A stretch of 64,000 nt of DNA. It comes from an uncultured bacterium (GTDB lineage Bacteria; Desulfobacterota; GWC2-55-46). The position numbers and the translations under genes were made by a program. Where the stretch lies: NCBI GenBank assembly GCA_905339405.1, contig CAJPGC010000034.1, positions 3,052 through 67,051 of the forward strand, in the 5' to 3' direction. Below are positions 18,876 through 26,788 of this stretch, one piece after another (the stretch's first letter is position 1; every line of letters begins with the position of its first letter). The notes below the pieces were generated by a model. The model was not told where the DNA came from, did no database searches, and worked only from the letters and a program-made list of their open reading frames with translations.

Positions 18876-18895
18876 TCACACTACATTTTAATAGC

Positions 18896-19060
18896 AGTAT
18901 CTTATCACGAGTGGCAGAGGGACTGGCCCGTAGAAGCCACAGCAACCGGTTCCGCGCAAGCGGAATGTCAGGTGCTAACTCCAGCAAGGCTTGCAAGCCT
19001 TGAAAGATAAGAACAGGTCAAGCCATTGAGCCTCTTCTTATCAAGAAGAGGTTTTTTTTT
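18896..19060 (+). ncRNA. SAM-I (S-box) riboswitch with terminator expression platform
   Basis: tcttatcacgagtggcagagggactggcccgtagaagccacagcaacc...ggtgctaactccagcaagg...gaaagataaga matches the S-box consensus (P1 cttatca/gataag, GGGACUGGCCC core, GGUGCUAA). It is followed by cctcttcttatcaagaagagg plus a T9 terminator. Confidence 0.85.
19029..19060 (+). terminator. Riboswitch-controlled intrinsic terminator
   Basis: cctcttcttatcaagaagagg hairpin plus ttttttttt. The 5' arm (tcttatcaaga) can alternatively pair with the P1 3' strand, forming an anti-terminator. Confidence 0.75.
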
Positions 19061-19106
19061 GTCTTCCGCCGGGCACCGGGGTGGAATAATAAGGAGGAGA
19101 ACACGG

Positions 19107-20363
19107 ATGAGCTACATGAAGGCGTTGAAATGCAGGGAGTGCGGGAAGGAATATCCCAAGGAAGCGCTCCACGTCTGCGAGCTGTGCTTCGGCCCGCTTG
19201 AGGTCGCTTACGAGTACGAAAAGATAAAGGGCGTGCTCACTAGGGAAGTGATAGAGAAGAGGGCTCCCAACATGTGGCGCTACAAGGAACTCCTCCCCAT
19301 CGACGGAGAGCCTACAGTCGGAGCGCAGGTCGGGTACACGCCTCTCGTGAAGGCGGACAACCTCGCGAAGGCTTTGGGCGTAAAAGAGATATACATAAAG
19401 AACGACGCGGTCAACTACCCGACGCTCTCGTTCAAGGACAGGGTCGTCTCCGTGGCCCTCTCGAGGGCAAGGGAGCTGGGCTTCAAGATAGCGGCCTGCG
19501 CCTCGACCGGCAACCTCGCCAACTCGGTCGCGGCCAACGCCGCTGCCGCCGGCATGGAAAGCTTCGTCTTCATCCCCTCTGACCTCGAGCAGACCAAGAT
19601 AGTCGGCACGCTCGTGTACGGCGGCACCGTCGTGGGCATCAAGGGCACTTACGACGAGGTCAACAGGCTCTGCAGCGAGATAGCCGGAAAATACGGCTGG
19701 GCCTTCGTGAACATAAACATCAGGCCTTACTACGCCGAGGGCTCAAAGACCTTCGGGTACGAGATAGCCGAGCAGCTCGGCTGGAAGCTCCCGCAGAACA
19801 TAGTAGTGCCGATGGCCGGGGGCTCTCTTATAACCAAGATACACAAGGCCTTCAAGGAACTCTCTATACTTGGCTTCGTGGGCCCTGTAACCACAAAGGT
19901 GTTCGGCGCGCAGGCAGCAGGGTGCTCGCCCATAATCAACGCCGTGAAGGAAGGCACCGAGCTCATACGCCCGGTCAACAAGCCCAATACCATAGCCAAG
20001 TCGCTGGCCATTGGAAACCCGGCCGACGGCTACTACTCCGCCAAGGTCATGAGAGAGTCCGGCGGTTGGGGCGAGAACGTAACCGACGAGGAGATAATAG
20101 ATTCGATGAAGCTCCTCGCGGAGACCGAGGGCATATTCGCGGAGACCGCCGGCGGGGTCACGCTGGGCTCGGCCAGAAAGCTCATCGACAGCGGCAGGAT
20201 ATCCAGGGACGAGTCGATCGTCGTGTGCGTGACTGGCAACGGGCTCAAGACCCAGGAAGCGCTCGCGGGCAAGATAAACCCGCCGACCATAATAAACGCC
20301 AGGCTTCAGGAGTTTGACGACCTGGTGAAGGCGGGCGGCAAGGAGTACGCTGTAAGGGCGTAG
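19107..20363 (+). CDS. Threonine-synthase-family PLP enzyme with N-terminal Zn-ribbon; candidate MetM-like O-phosphohomoserine-dependent homocysteine synthase (or threonine synthase)
   Basis: RBS aaggagga then ATG 19107 (MSYMKALKCRECGKEY). PLP lysine region SFKDR. Fold-type II PLP motifs. It lies immediately downstream of a SAM riboswitch and upstream of sulfur-carrier genes. Confidence 0.8.
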   Translation: MSYMKALKCRECGKEYPKEALHVCELCFGPLEVAYEYEKIKGVLTREVIEKRAPNMWRYKELLPIDGEPTVGAQVGYTPLVKADNLAKALGVKEIYIKNDAVNYPTLSFKDRVVSVALSRARELGFKIAACASTGNLANSVAANAAAAGMESFVFIPSDLEQTKIVGTLVYGGTVVGIKGTYDEVNRLCSEIAGKYGWAFVNINIRPYYAEGSKTFGYEIAEQLGWKLPQNIVVPMAGGSLITKIHKAFKELSILGFVGPVTTKVFGAQAAGCSPIINAVKEGTELIRPVNKPNTIAKSLAIGNPADGYYSAKVMRESGGWGENVTDEEIIDSMKLLAETEGIFAETAGGVTLGSARKLIDSGRISRDESIVVCVTGNGLKTQEALAGKINPPTIINARLQEFDDLVKAGGKEYAVRA

Positions 20364-20375
20364 GCTGTCTTTCGG

Positions 20376-20500
20376 AAATCGTTCTTTTTCCTGATCTCTT
20401 CGTCAGGGCGTAAATAAAAATGCTCACATATTGCAATATATGCTGCGCTTTTTATTTCCGCCCTTCCTCGACCTCAGAAAAAAGCTCCGATTTCGAGAGT
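20376..20500. repeat. Intergenic element of about 125 bp, copy 2
   Basis: See copy 1. It is located directly after the stop of the ThrC-like gene. Confidence 0.55.
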
Positions 20501-20611
20501 AAGCCTTGGGCCATTTTCCGCTTCTATTTTCAGCCTTTTTTCTGGTATCATGGTACCATCCGAATTGGCCGCAAGCACGGCAAAGAGAGCGAAGGGAGAT
20601 TACTGTTTAAA

Positions 20612-21568
20612 ATGACAGACCATTTCATAGAAGATAAGACTACAAAAGTGACTGTAGCCGTCGACGGCACAGGGGCGGCGCAGAAGATAGACTTCAACGA
20701 CCTGAAGTCTGGCGGCTTCATAAAGCAGAGGCAGAAGGACCTGTTTACCGTGCGCCTGAGGTGCCCGGGCGGCAGGCTTTCAACCGAAAAGCTCGTCGAG
20801 ATATCGAAGATAGCCCACAAGTACAGCAAAAAGGGAGTGGTCCACTTCTCTTTCCGCCAGTCCCTCGAGATACTCTACGTAGACTACAAGGAGTTCAGCA
20901 CCGTCGTGGCCGAGCTCGAGAAGATCGGCCAGAAGGTCGCCTCCTGCGGCCCCAGGGTGAGGGTCCCGACCGCCTGCGGCGGCTGTGAGTACAACCCCAA
21001 CGGCCTCACTGACACGCAGAAGATGGCTGATATGGTCGACAAGACCTTCTTCGGCACGCCCACGCCGCATAAGTTCAAGACCTCTTTTTCCGGCTGCCCC
21101 ATCGACTGCGCCAGGACGAAGGAGATGGACATGGGCTTCCAGGGCGTAGTAGATCCGAAGTGGGAAGAGGAAGCCTGCACGGGCTGCACCATCTGCTCTG
21201 AGGCCTGCAAGGAAGACGCCATAGCCTCCGACCCGGACACCGGCAAGCCGATATTCGACCCCATAAAGTGCATATTCTGCGGGGACTGCATAAGGGCCTG
21301 CCCGACCGAAGCGTGGAAGCCGAAGAGGTACGGCCACATAGTGAGGCTCGGCGGCAAGCACGGCCGCCATCCGATGGAGGCCGTCGAGGTCTGCCAGTTC
21401 CTTCCGGACGAGAAGGTCGGGGATGCCATCAAGATGACCATCGACTGGTACAACGCGAACGGCAAGAGGGGCGAGAGGATAGGCAATACCATAAAGAGGG
21501 TAGGCCTCGAGAGCTACCTGAAGCACATGGAACCTGTATTCCAGAACGCCGCGAAAGCCGGGGCATAG
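20612..21568 (+). CDS. Dissimilatory-type sulfite reductase-like protein (nitrite/sulfite reductase siroheme half-domain with inserted 2x[4Fe-4S] ferredoxin domain)
   Basis: Siroheme/FeS coupling cysteines (SCGPRVRVPTACGGCE ... FSGCPIDCAR). Ferredoxin motifs CTGCTICSEAC and CIFCGDCIRACP. ATG 20612 (MTDHFIE) is chosen. Confidence 0.7.
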   Translation: MTDHFIEDKTTKVTVAVDGTGAAQKIDFNDLKSGGFIKQRQKDLFTVRLRCPGGRLSTEKLVEISKIAHKYSKKGVVHFSFRQSLEILYVDYKEFSTVVAELEKIGQKVASCGPRVRVPTACGGCEYNPNGLTDTQKMADMVDKTFFGTPTPHKFKTSFSGCPIDCARTKEMDMGFQGVVDPKWEEEACTGCTICSEACKEDAIASDPDTGKPIFDPIKCIFCGDCIRACPTEAWKPKRYGHIVRLGGKHGRHPMEAVEVCQFLPDEKVGDAIKMTIDWYNANGKRGERIGNTIKRVGLESYLKHMEPVFQNAAKAGA

Positions 21569-21575
21569 GAGCCAT

Positions 21576-21800
21576 ATGAGCGACTCTACTATAGACTTGC
21601 GCGGGGTCATGTGCCCCATAAACTTCGTTAAGACGAAGCTGAAGCTCGAGATGATGGAGCCCGGAGAGATACTCGAGGTCATACTCGACTCCGGCGACCC
21701 CATCCAGAACGTGCCCAAGTCGATAAAGGAAGAGGGGCACAAGATTGTCGAAGTAAAAAAAGAGGGCGATTTTTTCCGGCTTAAAGTCCAAAGAAGCTGA
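21576..21800 (+). CDS. tusA: TusA/SirA-family sulfurtransferase
   Basis: 74 aa. DLRGVMCPINFVKTKL has the CPxP active-site motif. Confidence 0.85.
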   Translation: MSDSTIDLRGVMCPINFVKTKLKLEMMEPGEILEVILDSGDPIQNVPKSIKEEGHKIVEVKKEGDFFRLKVQRS

Positions 21801-21935
21801 TCAGACTGCTGAAAACGCTCCATCTGTGTTGTTGTCTTCGTCGCTCGTCATTGCGTCGTACAAGCAACGTACGCCTCATGCCTCGCTCCTCGACGCCTGG
21901 CATCTGAAGCGTTTTGAGCAGCCAGAATAAAGACG
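21801..21935. repeat. MITE-like element (family copy, CAGRCTGCTGAAAAC terminal inverted repeats)
   Basis: tcagactgctgaaaacg ... cgttttgagcagccaga inverted termini. Internal ccatctgtgttgttgtc head and gtcattgcgtcgtac...gtacgcctcatg palindrome. Confidence 0.5.
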
Positions 21936-21976
21936 CAGTTAAGTAAACTGAATTATATACAGGAGGAACCAGAAGT

Positions 21977-22258
21977 ATGTCGATAAAGGTCAGGATACCG
22001 ACCCCGCTCAGGAAGCTTACGAACGGCTCTGACGAGGTCAGCGCAACAGGCAGGAACGTAGGAGAGATAATCGAGGACCTCGAGAAGGCCTATCCCGGAC
22101 TCAAGGAGAGGATCTGCGAAGGGGACGGCAAGCTCCGCAGGTTCGTCAACATCTACCTGAACGACGAGGACATCAGGTTCAAGAACAACCTTGAGACCGA
22201 GCTCAAGGAGAACGACGAGCTTTCCATAATCCCAGCCATAGCGGGAGGCGCAGCTTGA
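21977..22258 (+). CDS. MoaD/ThiS-family sulfur-carrier protein (CysO/HcyS-like) with GG-AA C-terminus
   Basis: 93 aa beta-grasp-like protein ending ...IIPAIAGGAA. There are two residues after the Gly-Gly, as in HcyS-Ala type carriers that need JAMM processing. Confidence 0.8.
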   Translation: MSIKVRIPTPLRKLTNGSDEVSATGRNVGEIIEDLEKAYPGLKERICEGDGKLRRFVNIYLNDEDIRFKNNLETELKENDELSIIPAIAGGAA

Positions 22259-22491
22259 AAAAAAGGGTGTATCTCACCTATCCGAAGGAACAGGTCAAGG
22301 AACCGCTCCTTTACCAGGTAGGGAAGAACTTCGAGGTCGTGACCAACATCAGGCAGGCGAGCGTTTCCGACAAGCTTGGCCTCGTGGCTCTCGAGCTCGA
22401 CGGCGAGCCTGAGGAGATCGAGAAGGCGATACAGTTCCTTGTGGACAAGGGCGTCAAGGTCGAGCCCATAGAGCTCGACATAATAGAGTAG
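22255..22491 (+). CDS. Stand-alone NIL-domain protein (MetN C-terminal-like regulatory/ligand-binding domain)
   Basis: 78 aa. TTG start overlaps the carrier gene stop (TTGA). LLYQVGKNFEVVTNIRQASV...LGLVALELDGEPEEIEKAIQFL resembles the NIL domain. Confidence 0.55.
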   Translation: MKKRVYLTYPKEQVKEPLLYQVGKNFEVVTNIRQASVSDKLGLVALELDGEPEEIEKAIQFLVDKGVKVEPIELDIIE

Positions 22492-22763
22492 CCCTGGAGG
22501 TCCGGACTCTCTCAAAACCGCCGGTCCGGGTACTGTACAGGGCAGGTCATGAGAGCGAAAAGGATTGTTTTTTCTTGAAAAACCCCGGCATTCAGCTGCC
22601 GGGGTTTTTTTTATTTCCAGAGGCGCCAAGCCGCTCAAATTATCTTGACAGGGCTACTAAGGTATTATAAACTTGAGAAGCTTACTAAGGTATTTTTCCG
22701 CTCAGGCAGCGCCCGAAATCCCGGTTCAGGAAAAGTTCACCCCCCGTGGGGAGGTATTATAAT

Positions 22764-23717
22764 ATGAGAGGACAGAGGCTGCTTGAAAACCAGCCAGCAA
22801 GGCAGTATTCAATGGCAAAAGGCTCAGTAATAAACCTTGTCGGAAATACCCCGTTAGTCAGGATAAACAGCATAACAAGGGACCTGCCTCCCGAGGTAGA
22901 AGTTTACGCCAAGCTCGAGGGCTATAACCCAGGAGGCTCGGTCAAGGACAGGGCCGCCCTCAGCATGATACTTGACGCCGAGGCGAGCGGCAGACTGACC
23001 CCCGACAAGATAATCCTTGATTCGACCTCAGGCAACACAGGCATAGCCTACGCGTGGATAGGCGCCGTGAAGGGCTATAGCGTCGAGCTCGTCGTCCCGG
23101 CCAACGTAAGCGAGGAAAGAAAGAAGATTTTGAACGCTTTCGGCGCCCATGTCATCTATTCGAACCCTCTGGAGGGTTCTGACGGCGCCATCAGGCTCGC
23201 CTGGAAACTCTACGTCGAAAACCCCGAAAAATACTGCAAGCTCGACCAGTACAACAACCCCTCGAACCCGCTCGCCCATTTCAACGGCACAGGGGCCGAG
23301 ATAATAGAGCAGACCGAGGGCAGGGTAACTCATTTCGTGGCCTCGATCGGCACCGGCGGCACCATCATGGGCACCGGCAGAAGGCTCAAGGAATTCAACC
23401 CCGACATACAGGTACAGGCCGTCGAGCCTGCCACGGCCTTCCACGGCCTCGAAGGGTTGAAGCACATGGCCTCTTCGATAGTCCCCGGCATATACCACGA
23501 AGAAGAGCTCGACGAGAAGATACCTGCCCCGACCGAAGAGTCGTATACGATGGCCAAGAGGCTTGCAAGGGAAGAAGGCCTTCTTGTCGGCCAGTCTTCC
23601 GGGGCTGCCATGTGGGGAGCCCTGGAAGTCGCCAAAAAGCTCAAGAAGGGCGTAGTGGTCGTCATATTCCCGGACGGCGGAGATAAGTATCTGTCAACGC
23701 GCCTCTGGGAAGCGTAA
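22764..23717 (+). CDS. cysM: Cysteine synthase (CysM/CysK family, PLP fold-type II; probable thiocarboxylate-dependent O-phosphoserine/O-acetylserine sulfhydrylase)
   Basis: GNTPLVRI, the PLP lysine in NPGGSVKDRAA, and the GTGGT glycine loop (SIGTGGTIMG). RBS ggggagg lies upstream of ATG 22764. Confidence 0.85.
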   Translation: MRGQRLLENQPARQYSMAKGSVINLVGNTPLVRINSITRDLPPEVEVYAKLEGYNPGGSVKDRAALSMILDAEASGRLTPDKIILDSTSGNTGIAYAWIGAVKGYSVELVVPANVSEERKKILNAFGAHVIYSNPLEGSDGAIRLAWKLYVENPEKYCKLDQYNNPSNPLAHFNGTGAEIIEQTEGRVTHFVASIGTGGTIMGTGRRLKEFNPDIQVQAVEPATAFHGLEGLKHMASSIVPGIYHEEELDEKIPAPTEESYTMAKRLAREEGLLVGQSSGAAMWGALEVAKKLKKGVVVVIFPDGGDKYLSTRLWEA

Positions 23718-23720
23718 ACA

Positions 23721-23940
23721 GGCTGCTGAAAACCCATAGCGAGCGTAAGCGAGCGAATAGAAAACGTTATTTCCTTAGGTTTCGAAGCTCACTGCGGCTT
23801 GCCGCTGGGAGCTTCAAAAATCTATCTCCATCTGCTTTGTTGTCTTTGTCGCGCGTCATTGAGGCGTACAAAAGAGTACGCCTCATGACTTGCTCCTCGA
23901 CGCCTCGCATATGGAGTTTTTGAGCAGCCTGAACAAAGTC
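23721..23940. repeat. MITE-like element (same family as 21801-21935) carrying a ~90-bp nested insertion
   Basis: caggctgctgaaaac ... tttttgagcagcctg inverted termini. Extra segment ccatagcgagcgtaagcgagcgaatag...ggagcttcaaaa lies between the TIR and the conserved ctccatctgctttgttgtc block. Confidence 0.5.
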
Positions 23941-23980
23941 GGAATTTTCCAGTAATCAGCTAAAAAGGAGTGACCCTCAG

Positions 23981-24436
23981 ATGGGGCTTTTCGGTTTCGG
24001 CAAGACAGCCGTACACATATCCAGGTCGGTATACGAGGAAATACTCAGTCACGCGAAGGAAGCTTACCCGAACGAGTGCTGCGGAGTGCTCGTCGGCGCG
24101 AACTACGGCGGCGAGCGCAAGATATTCGAATCCCACAGGGCGACCAACGTCAACACGGACAGGGCCCACGACAGGTACATAATCGACCCGAGGGAGTTCA
24201 ACCTCATCGACAAGATGGCAAGGTCGCAGTCGATGGACGTCATGGGCTTTTACCATTCTCATCCAGACCATCCGGACAAGCCCTCCCAGACCGACAGGGA
24301 ATGGGGACAGACCGGCTACTCCTACATCATCGTCGCCGTCAAGGGCGGCAAGGAGACTTCGATGAGGAGCTGGATGATAGAGGACGACACGGCCCCGTTC
24401 ACTGAAGAGAAGATAAAGGTACTCGAAAACCAGTAA
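23981..24436 (+). CDS. JAMM/MPN+ metalloprotease (Mec+/CysO-cysteine peptidase, HcyD-like)
   Basis: JAMM motif HSHPDHPDKPSQTD (H-x-H-x7-S-x2-D) and upstream conserved Glu in NECCGVLVG. Confidence 0.85.
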   Translation: MGLFGFGKTAVHISRSVYEEILSHAKEAYPNECCGVLVGANYGGERKIFESHRATNVNTDRAHDRYIIDPREFNLIDKMARSQSMDVMGFYHSHPDHPDKPSQTDREWGQTGYSYIIVAVKGGKETSMRSWMIEDDTAPFTEEKIKVLENQ

Positions 24437-24558
24437 GCTTTTTTATATATAAAACGAACTCATCGGCCCGGGGCTTTGAAGCCTTGCGGCTTTGGTGCGC
24501 CCCCGAGGGGCATTTTCGCATTTATACTCTGTATATATGAGCCGGAGGAGCCTGTACA

Positions 24559-25383
24559 ATGGATTTCACAGAAGAGCAGATTGAGCGGTATTCGAGGCAT
24601 ATAATACTCCCGGAGGTGGGGGGCAAGGGGCAGGCTAAGCTCCTTAAAAGCAAGGTCTTCGTGCTGGGCGCGGGCGGCCTGGGCTCGCCTTCGCTCCTTT
24701 ATCTCGCGGCTGCCGGCGTGGGCACCATCGGCATAGCCGACGGCGACTCGGTCGACATGAGCAACCTCCAGCGCCAGATAATCCATAACAACGAGCGCGT
24801 CGGAGTGCCAAAGGTCCACTCCGCGAAAGAGACCATAAACAAGCTGAACCCCGACGTCAACGTGCAGCCCTTCCACGGCAGGCTCACCGTCGACAACATA
24901 AGGGAGATAATAAGGGATTACGACGTCGTCCTGGACGGCTCGGACAACTTCCCCACCCGCTTTCTCATGAACGACGCCTGCTTCTTCGAGCAAAAGCCCC
25001 TTGTCTCGGGCTCGATGTTCAGGTTCGACGGCCAGGTCTCGGTCTTCCACCCGAGAAAGGGCTTCCCGTGCTACAGGTGCCTGTACCCGGAGCCCCCGCC
25101 AAAGGGGCTCGTGCCGAGCTGCCAGGAAGCGGGAGTTCTCGGAGCGCTCGCCGGAGTCATCGGCGTACTCCAGGCCGTGGAGACAATAAAACTCCTCCTT
25201 GGCATCGGTGACACCCTCGAGGGCCATCTCATGATATTCGACGCCCTCAAGATGAACTTTCGCAAGGTCAGGGTCAGGAAAGACCCCGAGTGCGCCCTGT
25301 GCGGAGAGAACGCCACAATAAAAGAACTCGTGGCCTATGAAGAACAGGCCTGCGAATACAAACCGGTCACCTGCGAACACTAA
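24559..25383 (+). CDS. MoeB/ThiF-type E1 adenylyltransferase for sulfur-carrier activation (no rhodanese domain)
   Basis: YSRHIILPEVGGKGQAKL. Glycine-rich ATP loop VLGAGGLGSP. CxxC pairs (CYRC ... CALC). 274 aa, so it lacks a C-terminal rhodanese module. Confidence 0.85.
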   Translation: MDFTEEQIERYSRHIILPEVGGKGQAKLLKSKVFVLGAGGLGSPSLLYLAAAGVGTIGIADGDSVDMSNLQRQIIHNNERVGVPKVHSAKETINKLNPDVNVQPFHGRLTVDNIREIIRDYDVVLDGSDNFPTRFLMNDACFFEQKPLVSGSMFRFDGQVSVFHPRKGFPCYRCLYPEPPPKGLVPSCQEAGVLGALAGVIGVLQAVETIKLLLGIGDTLEGHLMIFDALKMNFRKVRVRKDPECALCGENATIKELVAYEEQACEYKPVTCEH

Positions 25384-25588
25384 ACCGGCAGGCTCGCTGA
25401 TTTATTGAGAGAACCTTTTTGTAAAAAGGTTCTCTCAAACTCTCTCCAAAAACTTATAGTTCTTCCCGGGACAACCCCCTTAAGGGGGCTGTCCCGGGAA
25501 CTTAAAGTCTTTGAAGGGGGTCTGGGGGAGACTTTCTACAGAAAGTTTCCCCCAAAAAATCCAGCGGTCTGACGGGCAAGCGAGAATA

Positions 25589-26788
25589 ATGCACAATTAC
25601 CTGGACAATCCGGCGTCCCTCAAGATAGACCTGATGCTTCGGGGCATAAGGATGGAAGACCCCGTCGTGAAGGCCTGGGCCTGCGGCTGTTCGGGCATTG
25701 ACATGCTTCTGCCGCAGGACACGCTCGTCAACATACCCTGCATGGAAGAGTTCACGAGGAACTCGCCGTACACGGTGAAGAGGGCGGGGGAGAGGTATTT
25801 CATTACGGACGGCAGGGCCGAGGTCGAGGTGAAACTCGTGGAAAGGCCGGCCTTCTATTCGAGGAAGACTACCTCCGGGGTGCAGTTCTCGGAGATTGCC
25901 TCCGTTCACGGCAGCTACACGGTAATAACGCCTTCGCCGAGGTGCGACTTTTTCAACCGCAGCATCGAGTGCAGGTACTGCGCCGGGAATTTCGACGTAA
26001 AGGGCTCATCCGACGTCGTCTACACGATAGAGGACATACTGGAGACGGTCGAGGCGGTCCTCAAAGAGAAGGCCTCGGAGGTCATATACCTGTCCATCGG
26101 CTTCAGCCAGGGCGACGACGGCGGAATAGCGTTTTTGAAGCCTTACATACAGGCCATTAAGAAGAGCTTCAACTGCCTTGTGGCCGTGGAGGCGCTGCCG
26201 CCCAGGGACAACCGCTGGATAGACGAGACGTACGCGATGGGGGCCGACTCGGTCCTTTATAACCTCGAGATATTCGACAAGGAGCTCTTCGAGCTGATAT
26301 GCCCGGGCAGGGCTTCCCTCGTGGGGCGCAAAAGATACCTCGAGTCGCTGAAGTACGCCGCGAAGGTATTCCCCAACGGCACTGTGGCTTCCCACCTCAT
26401 TGTGGGGCTCGAGCCTCCCGGGTCTACCTGCATGGGGATAGACTGCTTCACGGACATGGGAGTAGTGCCCATCCTTCCCATCTACAGGCCCTCGGCCGGG
26501 AAGGCGTTGAGGATAGAGCCTCTGACGACTGAGATAATACTGCCGGTCTACAAGCACCTTTACAACGCTGTCAAGAAAAACGGGATAAACCTCTCCTGGG
26601 TGCGTGACATAAGCATGGTGACGACCCCGGCCGAGATACGGGGCCTGGTCGACGGCGGCAAGGGCGGCACTCTCATGGAGAGCTTCTACAAGTCCAGGAT
26701 CGGGCTCAAGGCCGCCTGGGGGCTCTCTACGATAAGGAGGAAGCTCAGGGTCGTAGGCAGCGATGACTCAGACCCTTCGAAACACTGA
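25589..26788 (+). CDS. Radical-SAM-like TIM-barrel protein with atypical cysteine motif (C-x8-C-x2-C); function unknown
   Basis: SPRCDFFNRSIECRYCAG followed by rSAM-like glycine-rich and beta/alpha barrel blocks (VIYLSIGFSQGDDGG, HLIVGLEPPGS). ATG 25589 is chosen. Family not recognised. Confidence 0.4.
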   Translation: MHNYLDNPASLKIDLMLRGIRMEDPVVKAWACGCSGIDMLLPQDTLVNIPCMEEFTRNSPYTVKRAGERYFITDGRAEVEVKLVERPAFYSRKTTSGVQFSEIASVHGSYTVITPSPRCDFFNRSIECRYCAGNFDVKGSSDVVYTIEDILETVEAVLKEKASEVIYLSIGFSQGDDGGIAFLKPYIQAIKKSFNCLVAVEALPPRDNRWIDETYAMGADSVLYNLEIFDKELFELICPGRASLVGRKRYLESLKYAAKVFPNGTVASHLIVGLEPPGSTCMGIDCFTDMGVVPILPIYRPSAGKALRIEPLTTEIILPVYKHLYNAVKKNGINLSWVRDISMVTTPAEIRGLVDGGKGGTLMESFYKSRIGLKAAWGLSTIRRKLRVVGSDDSDPSKH

